Origin: Candidatus Omnitrophota bacterium
GTDB taxonomy: Bacteria; Omnitrophota; Gorgyraeia; Duberdicusellales; 4484-171
DNA length: 64,000 bases
Reading direction: 5' to 3'
NCBI GenBank assembly: GCA_043823745.1
Contig: JBDRAN010000056.1
Location: 5,144-69,143, forward strand
Part shown: positions 17,970 to 26,532 of the stretch, piece after piece
Layout: each line of letters begins with the position of its first letter
Numbering within the stretch: position 1 is the first letter of the stretch
Program-made: the position numbers and the translations under genes
The notes under the pieces: generated by a model
What the model was told of the DNA's origin: nothing
Databases searched by the model: none
The model's input: the letters and a program-made list of their open reading frames with translations, nothing else

Positions 17970-19238
17970 ATGATTAAGCGTATAGGCATTATCGGTTTAG
18001 GCACGGTAGGGGAGGCTACGGTGCGGTCGCTCATGAAGTATTCATCCGTCATCGCAAATCGGACCTCACTTAAAATTGAAATCAAGGCGTTATGCGACTC
18101 CAAGGTAAAGAAGCGGTCGCTCGCCGCCAGATTTAGAATTCCTTTTACCAATGATCCCTCTCGTTTAATTAATGATCCCGATATAGATACCATTGTCGAG
18201 CTCATCGGCGGCATTAATCCCGCCAAGCAGCTTATTATGGATGCGTTGCGTTCTGGTAAGAACGTAGTTACCGCCAATAAGGCCCTGCTTGCTGAATGTG
18301 GTAAAGAGCTTTTTGCGTTAGCGGAACGAAAGAGAAAACGTATCGGCTTTGAAGCGTCCGCGTGCGGCGCAATACCGTTGATTGAAAGTATTTCTGACGG
18401 TTTGGTGGCGTGCCAGGTCCAGGAACTCTACGGGATTTTAAACGGAACGACTAACTACATTCTTTATAGAATGGGCAAGGAGCGGATGAGTTTTATCGCC
18501 GCGCTACGTGAAGCTCGTGCTCGCGGTTTTGCCGAACGCAACCCGTCTCTTGACATCGAAGGGGTTGATACGGTGCATAAGTTATGTATTTTGAGTTATC
18601 TTTGTTTTGGAATTTGGCCGAATCCGGCAAAGGTACACCGCGAAGGAATTTCGAATATCTCACTTCTTGATATTATCTATGCGGAAGAGCTTAATTACCG
18701 CATTAAGCTTCTGGCGATCGCTAAAAGAAAAGGGAACAGCCTTGATTTACGCGTTCATCCGACGCTGGTCTCTATGGATCATCCTATCTCGGAAGTTTCC
18801 TATGCCTACAATGCGGTCTCACTTGATACCGAGCCGGCAGGGAAACTCCTTTTTTATGGTCTCGGCGCCGGCGGCGGCCCTACGTCATCATCGGTAATCT
18901 CTGATATCGTAAGCATCTCGTTCTACGAGCGCGGGTTCCTGCGAAAAGAGGAAAATATTATCCTTAAGAATACCAGGAATATCTCAGCGCGGTATTATAT
19001 CCGTTTCATGGCGAAAGATAAACCGGGCGTTCTGGCTCAGATCTCTAAAGTCCTCGCTTCCTGCAGCATCAGTATTGCGTCGGTTACGCAGAAGGCCTGG
19101 GTAAAAGGGAGATTTGTTCCTATCGTGATGATTACCCATGAGGCAAAAGAGGATAATATGCAGCGTGCGTTCAAGCGGATTAACGAGCTGCCCGCGATTA
19201 AAACTCACTCTCAGCTGATCAGGATTGAAAATCTATGA
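17970..19238 (+). CDS. hom: Homoserine dehydrogenase with ACT domain
   Basis: GLGTVG, VVTANKA, GILNGTTNYIL, GFAE.NP..DIEG, C-terminal DKPGVLAQI ACT domain. Confidence 0.95.
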   Translation: MIKRIGIIGLGTVGEATVRSLMKYSSVIANRTSLKIEIKALCDSKVKKRSLAARFRIPFTNDPSRLINDPDIDTIVELIGGINPAKQLIMDALRSGKNVVTANKALLAECGKELFALAERKRKRIGFEASACGAIPLIESISDGLVACQVQELYGILNGTTNYILYRMGKERMSFIAALREARARGFAERNPSLDIEGVDTVHKLCILSYLCFGIWPNPAKVHREGISNISLLDIIYAEELNYRIKLLAIAKRKGNSLDLRVHPTLVSMDHPISEVSYAYNAVSLDTEPAGKLLFYGLGAGGGPTSSSVISDIVSISFYERGFLRKEENIILKNTRNISARYYIRFMAKDKPGVLAQISKVLASCSISIASVTQKAWVKGRFVPIVMITHEAKEDNMQRAFKRINELPAIKTHSQLIRIENL

Positions 19239-20305
19239 AGCCATATCAAGGGCTTATTGAGCGTTACCAGCGTTATCTTCCGGTTACCGCGAAAACTCCG
19301 CGTATTACGCTTCTTGAGGGAAACACTCCGCTTATTGTTGCTCCGTGTATTGCGGCGGCAGTCGCGCCGCACTGTAGGGTTTATCTTAAGTATGAAGGGC
19401 TTAATCCGACGGGATCATTTAAGGATCGCGGTATGACCGTGGCGATTTCGAAAGCAAGAGAAAAAGGTGCGCGCGCGGTGATCTGTGCTTCAACCGGCAA
19501 CACCTCAGCGTCTGCCGCCGCGTACGCCGCGCGGGCAGGTATGAAATGTATCGTGATTATTCCCGAAGGAGCCATAGCGATGGGTAAACTTGCTCAGGCG
19601 CTTGTGCATGGCGCAACCGTGGTTGCGGTTCGAGGCAACTTCGATGATGCGTTACGTATCGTGCGTGAGATCTCGAGCGCTTCTGAGGTTGAGCTGGTGA
19701 ATTCGATTAATCCGTATCGCATCGAAGGTCAAAAAACCGCTTCATTTGAAATATGCGATTATCTGGCGCACGCGCCACATTTTCATGTTTTACCTGTAGG
19801 CAACGCCGGTAATATCACCGCTTACTGGAAAGGGTATAAAGAATATTATTCACATAAAAAAATACAACGGCTTCCCGTGATGCTTGGTTTTCAGGCCCAA
19901 GGCGCCGCCCCTCTTGTGCGCGGGAAACCGGTCAAACATCCTAAAACCATTGCTACCGCAATCAAGATCGGAAATCCCGCGAGTTGGGTTGCTGCGGCAC
20001 GCGCCCGCGATGAGTCAGGCGGCGCTATCGGCATGGTCAGCGACGCGCAGATACTTGCCGCCTATATGTTTTTGGCAAAAAAGGAAGGCGTATTTGTCGA
20101 GCCAGCCTCAGCTGCGTCGGTTGCCGGGCTCTTTAAGCTCTCGCGCGAAGGATTTTTCAAAAAGCACAAACAGAAAGAAATTACTATTGTTTGCACGCTT
20201 ACCGGCCACGGCCTCAAAGACCCACAGATTGCTATACAAAGCATACAAGCCCCCGCCGTTGTTAAGCCTACGCTTGACGCAGTCCTTAGGGCTGCAGGCC
20301 TCTGA
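19235..20305 (+). CDS. thrC: Threonine synthase
   Basis: EGLNPTGSFKDRG, CASTGNTSAS, NSINPYRIEGQKT, LTGHGLKDP. Confidence 0.95.
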   Translation: MKPYQGLIERYQRYLPVTAKTPRITLLEGNTPLIVAPCIAAAVAPHCRVYLKYEGLNPTGSFKDRGMTVAISKAREKGARAVICASTGNTSASAAAYAARAGMKCIVIIPEGAIAMGKLAQALVHGATVVAVRGNFDDALRIVREISSASEVELVNSINPYRIEGQKTASFEICDYLAHAPHFHVLPVGNAGNITAYWKGYKEYYSHKKIQRLPVMLGFQAQGAAPLVRGKPVKHPKTIATAIKIGNPASWVAAARARDESGGAIGMVSDAQILAAYMFLAKKEGVFVEPASAASVAGLFKLSREGFFKKHKQKEITIVCTLTGHGLKDPQIAIQSIQAPAVVKPTLDAVLRAAGL

Positions 20306-20374
20306 TATGCACACAATGGTTTAAATAATTTTTTGAACTCATTACCAATTACGAACAACAAACTACTTTTTTTC

Positions 20375-21967
20375 ATGAAAGGTTTCTACCAAAAATTTTC
20401 CGATATTCTAAGCCAGCTGGTTAAAGAACACTATGACATTATTCTTGAACCTCCACTCTGGGAGGTTCCGCAACGTCATGATTTTGGCGATCTTTCTTCT
20501 ATGGTTGCGCTGAAGCTTGCCTCAAGGCTTAAAAAAGATTCGATTGAGATCGCGACAACACTTAAGGTAGCCTTTGAGAAGGCAATTGGCTCTGACGCGA
20601 AGTCGATAGAGATTTTAAAGCCCGGCTTTATCAACGTTTTTATTTCCCATGAAGCGCTCATTAGTTCCCTGAATGAACTCCTTACCCAGCGCGATCGATT
20701 TTTTCGTAAAGATATCAGCCGTCGTGTGCTTCTGGAATTTGCAAGTGCAAATCCTACGGGGCCCCTATCCATCGCGCATGGCCGCCAGGCCGTCGTGGGG
20801 GATGTCATCGGTAATATCCTTAGCTTTTACGGAAACAACGTTGAGAAGGAATATTATGTTAACGATGAAGGAAAGCAAATTGTTCTTTTTGCCGCCTCCA
20901 TGGAGGAGCGTATTAAAGAAGCGCGTGGCGAACCGTTTCGGATTCCCGAAGACGGATATGTGGGCGAATACTTAAAAGATGTGGCAGCCGCGTATCTAGC
21001 GGAAGGCAAGGGAATGGGTATCCTTCAGTTTAGCCTTGCGTACATTCTTTCCTGGATACGTCAAGACTTAGATGCTCTGGGGATACATTTCGATAATTGG
21101 AAGAGTCAGAAAAAGCTCATTGATGATAAAAGAGTAGAAAGCGCGATCAATGAGCTTCGAGAAAAGGATTTGATTTATGAGCAGGAAGGTGTGTTGTGGT
21201 TTGCTTCAACAAAGTTCGGCGACGATAAAGACCGGGTTATTAAAAAAAGCGACGGCGAGTTGACGTATTTTGCTTCGGATATCGCCTATCACAGGGATAA
21301 ACTTGCGCGGCACTTCGACGCGCTTATTAATTTATGGGGACCGGATCATCATGGTTATATCGGGCGCGTCGAGGCAGCACTGCAAGCATTAGGATACCCG
21401 AAGGAGAAACTGGCAGTTATTATTATTCAGTTAGTCACCTTGACGACGAAAGAAAAAATGTCGAAACGCAGGGGTACCGCGATCCTGCTTTCTGACCTTG
21501 TGAGCGAGGTGGGTAAAGATGCCGCACGTTTCTATTATCTGCTGCGTCGCAACTCGTCACCGCTTGAATTTGACGTTGAGCTTGCTCAGGAAGCAACTTC
21601 CAACAACCCGTTGTATTACGTGCAATATGCCTGCGCGCGCATTGAGAGTATTTTTAAGAAAACCGACATCGCTGTTTCGGTTGAAAAGAGCGTGTTTCTT
21701 AAGGAAGATTCAGAGATTATCTATCTGCGCAGCATCTTACAGTTTTCCAATTGTCTTGATAAGGCGTATTACACCAGTGAGCCCGTTTTTATCGTTGAGT
21801 TCCTTAAATCTCTTGCCGGAGATTTTCATAAGTTTTACGAAAATACGCGGGTGCTTGGGGATGACCGCGAGGTTACCGCTGCCCGCTTGAATTTACTCGA
21901 AGCGACGCGTGTAATTTTGCATTGTGGTCTTGGTATCTTAGGTATTACGCCCGCCAAAGAGATGTAG
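20375..21967 (+). CDS. argS: Arginine--tRNA ligase
   Basis: EFASANPTGPLSIAHGR, GDDKDRV, WGPDHHGY, KMSKRRG, YYVQYA.AR. Confidence 0.96.
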   Translation: MKGFYQKFSDILSQLVKEHYDIILEPPLWEVPQRHDFGDLSSMVALKLASRLKKDSIEIATTLKVAFEKAIGSDAKSIEILKPGFINVFISHEALISSLNELLTQRDRFFRKDISRRVLLEFASANPTGPLSIAHGRQAVVGDVIGNILSFYGNNVEKEYYVNDEGKQIVLFAASMEERIKEARGEPFRIPEDGYVGEYLKDVAAAYLAEGKGMGILQFSLAYILSWIRQDLDALGIHFDNWKSQKKLIDDKRVESAINELREKDLIYEQEGVLWFASTKFGDDKDRVIKKSDGELTYFASDIAYHRDKLARHFDALINLWGPDHHGYIGRVEAALQALGYPKEKLAVIIIQLVTLTTKEKMSKRRGTAILLSDLVSEVGKDAARFYYLLRRNSSPLEFDVELAQEATSNNPLYYVQYACARIESIFKKTDIAVSVEKSVFLKEDSEIIYLRSILQFSNCLDKAYYTSEPVFIVEFLKSLAGDFHKFYENTRVLGDDREVTAARLNLLEATRVILHCGLGILGITPAKEM

Positions 21968-23647
21968 ATGAAGCGAAAAAACTGGAATATTAGAGAATTA
22001 ACCCCTGCCGCCGCCGAGTATGCCCAGGCATGGGGGATTTCTTCCATCCTTGCCCAGATTTTTATTAATCGAAATGTTGATGCGTGTGATATCAAGAATT
22101 TCTTAAACCCCAGCCTTACTAATCTTCATGCTGCCGCGCTTTTGCCTGATATAGAAAAGGCGACAAGCCGTGTTCAGGAAGCGGTTCGCCGCCAAGAAAA
22201 AGTTCTTGTTTTCGGTGATTACGATGTCGATGGTCTTACATCGTTGGCTATCTTTTATGAATTCGCTAAGCTTAACCGTGATTTATTTTCATTTCATATC
22301 CCGCATCGCGTCAACGACGGGTATGGTCTCAACGAACCAGCGATCAAGAAGGCAAAAAAAAACGGCGTAAGCCTTATCATTGCGTTTGATTGTGGTACAG
22401 GAGCTGATCGCGAGATCGCCCGCGCCAAGGAGCTCGGGATCGATGTGATCGTTGTCGATCACCACCATCATAAAAGCGCCAATGGTGAGTCGGTTATGCC
22501 GTATGCATTGGTTAACCCCAAGCGCCCTGATTCAATCTATCCTTTCTCTGATTTAAGCAGTGGCGCGCTCTCGTTTAAGTTCTTGCAGGCTTTAACCGGC
22601 AAGCCCTGCGTCGAGGTGCTTGATTTGGTCGCACTTTCGCTTGTCTGCGATGTAGTGCCGCTTAAAGGAGAAAACAGAATTTTACTCAAAGAAGGCCTTC
22701 GCGCGCTGCGCGCGAGCACACGCCCTTCGATAAAAGCGCTTTGTCAGGTCAGTAGCGTACGACAGGGGAATATTGATACGTTTCATATCGGATTCGCACT
22801 CGGGCCCCGGCTGAACGCGTCAGGAAGGATCGCCTGCGCGCATGAAGCGCTTGATATCTTTTTAACGGATGATCACCAGGAGGCGCTGCGGATTGCCGAA
22901 AAACTTAAAGGCTACAACGTTAAGCGCCGGGATATCGAAGCCACCATTTTAAAAGAAGCCGATGCGATGGTGGAGCGGGAGTTCGCCAATGATTACGCGA
23001 TCGTGGTACATAACGATCATTGGCATCCGGGGGTGCTCGGTATTGTTGCCAGTCGCTTGACCGATAAATATTACCGGCCTTCTTTTGTAATTTCCTGCGA
23101 GGAGTCTGTCGGCCGCGGCTCGGGCCGTTCCATTCATAGCGTTCATCTTATGGAGATGCTTGCGCAGTGCTCGGAACTCCTGCAGGAGTATGGAGGTCAT
23201 CGTAAAGCCGCGGGCGTGCAACTTGCCAAAACAGACATTGAGCCGTTTCGTAAGCGTCTTAATACCCTGATTGCTGAGTCTGTGGCGCCTGAGGATCTTG
23301 TGCCGGTGCTTGCAATTGAGCTGCGCATTGATTTTTCCGATATTACGATGTCGCTGGTGGGGGAGTTAGAAGGCCTTGAGCCGTTTGGCGAGGATAATCC
23401 TAAACCGCTTTTTGCCAGTTTTGATGTGGCAAAGAAAACCGCTCCTAAAAAAACGGGGATAGGTTATTCGGTTTGGTTCACTCAAGGGGGGATTACCTAT
23501 GAAGGAATTGTGTACGATAAGAATATTTTAGAGATTATCGAGTTTTCTGATATGCTTGATATCGCGTATAGCTTGGAGCGTAACAGCTTCCACAATACCC
23601 CGAAGTTAGTTATCAGAGACGCGCGGTTTGCTTGTAGCGAAAGTTAG
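21968..23647 (+). CDS. recJ: ssDNA exonuclease RecJ
   Basis: GDYDVDG, DGYGL, DCG, DHH, PRLNASGR, GGHRKAAG, EPFGEDNP. Confidence 0.95.
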   Translation: MKRKNWNIRELTPAAAEYAQAWGISSILAQIFINRNVDACDIKNFLNPSLTNLHAAALLPDIEKATSRVQEAVRRQEKVLVFGDYDVDGLTSLAIFYEFAKLNRDLFSFHIPHRVNDGYGLNEPAIKKAKKNGVSLIIAFDCGTGADREIARAKELGIDVIVVDHHHHKSANGESVMPYALVNPKRPDSIYPFSDLSSGALSFKFLQALTGKPCVEVLDLVALSLVCDVVPLKGENRILLKEGLRALRASTRPSIKALCQVSSVRQGNIDTFHIGFALGPRLNASGRIACAHEALDIFLTDDHQEALRIAEKLKGYNVKRRDIEATILKEADAMVEREFANDYAIVVHNDHWHPGVLGIVASRLTDKYYRPSFVISCEESVGRGSGRSIHSVHLMEMLAQCSELLQEYGGHRKAAGVQLAKTDIEPFRKRLNTLIAESVAPEDLVPVLAIELRIDFSDITMSLVGELEGLEPFGEDNPKPLFASFDVAKKTAPKKTGIGYSVWFTQGGITYEGIVYDKNILEIIEFSDMLDIAYSLERNSFHNTPKLVIRDARFACSES

Positions 23648-23860
23648 TTTACCGGCCTTGATGCATTTGGTGCATACGAGAATCTTCTGAATCTTTCCAT
23701 TAACCAGAATCCTTCTTTTCTGTAAGTTCGGCGAAAATGTTCGTCTGGTTTTTCCGGTAATTTTCTTACCGACGCCGCCTTCCCGTTTTGCTTTACCTCG
23801 CCTGGCGATGGTGTTTCCAACAATCGAACCTTTGTGGCATATTGTGCATTTTCTACTCAT
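23606..23860 (-). CDS. rpmB: 50S ribosomal protein L28
   Basis: MSRKCTICHKG..GN.IARRG.AK..GGVG..RRTFSPNLQ..VCTKCIK; SD AGGAGG. Confidence 0.95.
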   Translation of the reverse strand: MSRKCTICHKGSIVGNTIARRGKAKREGGVGKKITGKTRRTFSPNLQKRRILVNGKIQKILVCTKCIKAGKLTFATSKPRVSDN

Positions 23861-24492
23861 GGGGTAAGCCTCCTAACGAAACGTACGTTTTTTTGCGCTT
23901 CCCGCGTGAAAAAACGTCTAGTTGAGTTATCCCGTTTTTGCACCTGATAGGTTTCCCTCGCAATTTCGAGAAATTGCGAAAAAATCAATGGAGGCAAAAA
24001 CGGGACGGACTTCCGAAGCTGATTATTAACTTTCGTTTTTCGGAAGCTCTAAAATTACTATAATTATACCTAGCGAGCCCCATTCCTATGGGGCGAAGCA
24101 TCCCGACGAATACCTTAAAAATATGGAACAGATTTTTAAGAGTGTGTATGAGTCGGGATGTTAACAATATTCTAAACTATTGGGCGTTTGAAACTTATTG
24201 TTAGTGTTTCCTTTTCTGAAGTCCTAAAATTACTATAACTATACCTATAAAGCGATTATTGTCAAGTAAAATCTACCATTTTAGCGATTTTAGCGATTCA
24301 GGGGTTGATGGTGTCTCCTGAGACGGTAAAAATATACCTCACGCACGATTATTAAATAAATTACACCATCGCTAAAAAACTAATAAAATCAAGGCTGGAA
24401 ACGATTTCAAAGAACGCCGCCGGCCGTCTTGAAAAGGCGCGGGCAAGATGGTATCTTTAAGCTTGGATACAAAAGGTTCTTTCAAAAAACGT

Positions 24493-24682
24493 AATCCTAA
24501 TACCGATAAGAGCAAACTCCGCGAAAGCGGAGGGCGGTGCGCGTGTCGTCTGATGCGGCGCGTACCCACGAACCTGTATTTACCCTAAACCACAGGTGTG
24601 GTTTAGGGGCATGGTTTGTGGCAAAGCTACAAGAGCCTAATGCCCGCAAGGGCTACGGTAGTCAGCTGCCGAAGAGTGGATT
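24493..24682 (+). promoter_or_regulatory. GEMM-I (c-di-GMP-I family) riboswitch, A20 variant, with 85-nt insertion
   Basis: A-GCAAA-CTCCGC-GAAA-GCGGAG-GGC[insert]GCAAAGCTAC..GCCTAA..GGTAGTCAGCTGCCGAA. P1 is AATCC/GGATT. An intrinsic terminator follows. Confidence 0.75.
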
Positions 24683-24686
24683 TATT

Positions 24687-24722
24687 AAGAACCCATAGCG
24701 GCGAGCTATGGGTTCTTTATTT
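24687..24722 (+). terminator. Intrinsic terminator (riboswitch expression platform)
   Basis: AAGAACCCATAGC-GGCGA-GCTATGGGTTCTT followed by a T-rich tail. Confidence 0.8.
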
Positions 24723-24768
24723 ATAGAAGGTGTATGATGGGTGTGTACATAAAAAGGGGAGGTGTGTC

Positions 24769-25095
24769 ATGGTGAGAAAATCCGTGGTTATCATAGCGGC
24801 TCTGGTAATGACTGTTATTAGTTTCTCTGCGTATGCGGCTGATCAGAATGCGGCGACGAAACTGAGCCGTGGCCTCGTCAATGGCCTTACCGGCATTGTC
24901 GAAGTTCCCAAGCAGATTTATCTTGTATCAAAAGAACGCGAGCCGATTACCGGTATTACCTATGGCTTAGCCAAGGGTATTTGTTATGGTGTGTTGCGTA
25001 CCGCAACCGGGGTTTATGATATCGTTTCATTTCCGATCCCCCCATATAATAAACCCGTTATGGACCCTGAATTTGTATTTGAACAATGGGAATAA
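24769..25095 (+). CDS. Secreted exosortase-system-associated protein (TIGR04073-like)
   Basis: Signal peptide; KLSRGLVNGLTGIVEVPKQI...GLAKG..R...GVYDIVSFP.P pattern; SD GGAGG. Confidence 0.8.
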   Translation: MVRKSVVIIAALVMTVISFSAYAADQNAATKLSRGLVNGLTGIVEVPKQIYLVSKEREPITGITYGLAKGICYGVLRTATGVYDIVSFPIPPYNKPVMDPEFVFEQWE

Positions 25096-25383
25096 TAGAT
25101 CTCTGAATGAGATTGTTACCTTTACATAAAGGTGGGCTTTACCCGGCCCACCTTTCTTTTTTTAGTGAGGTAGCTTTTTTCCAAGCGACCGAAGGGAGTG
25201 CCGGAAAAATGCGTAACCGAACTAATCCCGCCGGAATCAGTGAAAATTTACAAAGAAAATTTTCACTGTATGCTGTGAAGGCGGGATAGAGGGATAATAC
25301 CGCTTAAGAGTAGCTTTGTGCGGGCGACCGAAGAGATGACCGGAATAATGCGTAATCGATCCGGTCGGATTATAAAGCAGTTT

Positions 25384-26448
25384 TTACCATGTACTATTCG
25401 CGGGATTAGCGCTTTCTGCTTTTTTGAGATACCTGGTCCCCTCTTCTCGGTTCCCCAGCGCTAAATACGCCGTTCCGATGTTGTGGTAAATGGTAGGATT
25501 GTTGTGGTCCAGTTCCAGGGCCTTCAGATAGGCATCGCGTGCGGCTTGGTAATTTTTGAGGTTACCATAAACGCTACCAAGATTAATGTAGGCTTTGCTA
25601 TGGCGTGGATCAAGCGCGATGGTTGTATTGAAGTGATCGAGAGCTGCCTGGAAATCTCCCTTCGTCGCGTACACGGTTCCTAAACGATAGTGCGCTTCAG
25701 CATAATCAGGGTCGATCCTCAAACAATCCTCAAATAAGTTCTTCGCTTTCTCAAAGTCATTCGCTTTAAAGTGTGTTGAGCCTTCCTCGAGTAGCTTTTT
25801 TGCCAGGCGCTTGGTGTCGGTGCGAGAGGTTTGCTCAAGGCTTATGAGCGCTTCATCGGCTTTAATAATATATGGTTGCTGGTTGTTTTGTTTAAAAATA
25901 TCGCGCGCGGCTTTGAAAGCCTGATACGCGTCATCATCCCGCCTGATTTCTTTAAGGCATAATCCGCTGTTATATCGAGCCTCGCCAAAATTGGAATTGG
26001 CGGCGAATGCTTTTTCATACCAATACAGTGCTGTTTCGTATTTCTTTTGTTTCTGTGCGCAGAGAGCCATATTATAAAAGAGAATATCTTTTTTGGGGTA
26101 CGTATCAGTGATCAGGCTGCGTGCTTTCGCAAGGAGCTTGCGCGCGCCGGCGAATCTTTTTTTCTGTATCGCGATTGTCGCCAGATTAAGATAGCCTTCC
26201 GGCATCTCGGGCATCAACCTGATCGCTTCCTTGAATTCTTCTTCTGCTTTCCCAAATTCAATATCTTCGACATACTTATTGCCTTTATGGATATGTCGCT
26301 GGTAGAGCATATAGCGATCGGCTTCATCAACGACTTCAGCTTCTTGAGCGGCTTCGCTCCAGGGATATATTTCGGCAAAACATCTCCCATGCGAAGCAAT
26401 CAGCGTTATCAACGCACAAAGTAAATAAATTTTAATTTTATTTTTCAT
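25384..26448 (-). CDS. Secreted TPR-repeat protein
   Basis: Signal peptide and multiple TPR units (AEAHYRLGTVY, KAYINLGSVY). Confidence 0.85.
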   Translation of the reverse strand: MKNKIKIYLLCALITLIASHGRCFAEIYPWSEAAQEAEVVDEADRYMLYQRHIHKGNKYVEDIEFGKAEEEFKEAIRLMPEMPEGYLNLATIAIQKKRFAGARKLLAKARSLITDTYPKKDILFYNMALCAQKQKKYETALYWYEKAFAANSNFGEARYNSGLCLKEIRRDDDAYQAFKAARDIFKQNNQQPYIIKADEALISLEQTSRTDTKRLAKKLLEEGSTHFKANDFEKAKNLFEDCLRIDPDYAEAHYRLGTVYATKGDFQAALDHFNTTIALDPRHSKAYINLGSVYGNLKNYQAARDAYLKALELDHNNPTIYHNIGTAYLALGNREEGTRYLKKAESANPANSTW

Positions 26449-26532
26449 ATCGTCTTTCGTCCCAGCGAAGCGGTCGTCCCTCGTCCGAACGAGTCTGGCG
26501 CTCCTTGCGCCGTGCGAGCGGACGTCCTATGT

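Noticed and set aside
24299-24371. Fluoride (crcB) riboswitch-like GATGGTGTCTCCT..ACACCATC
   Set aside because: The key 3' consensus AAUGAC.CCUA is absent (AATTACACCAT here) and there is no fluoride-related gene downstream.
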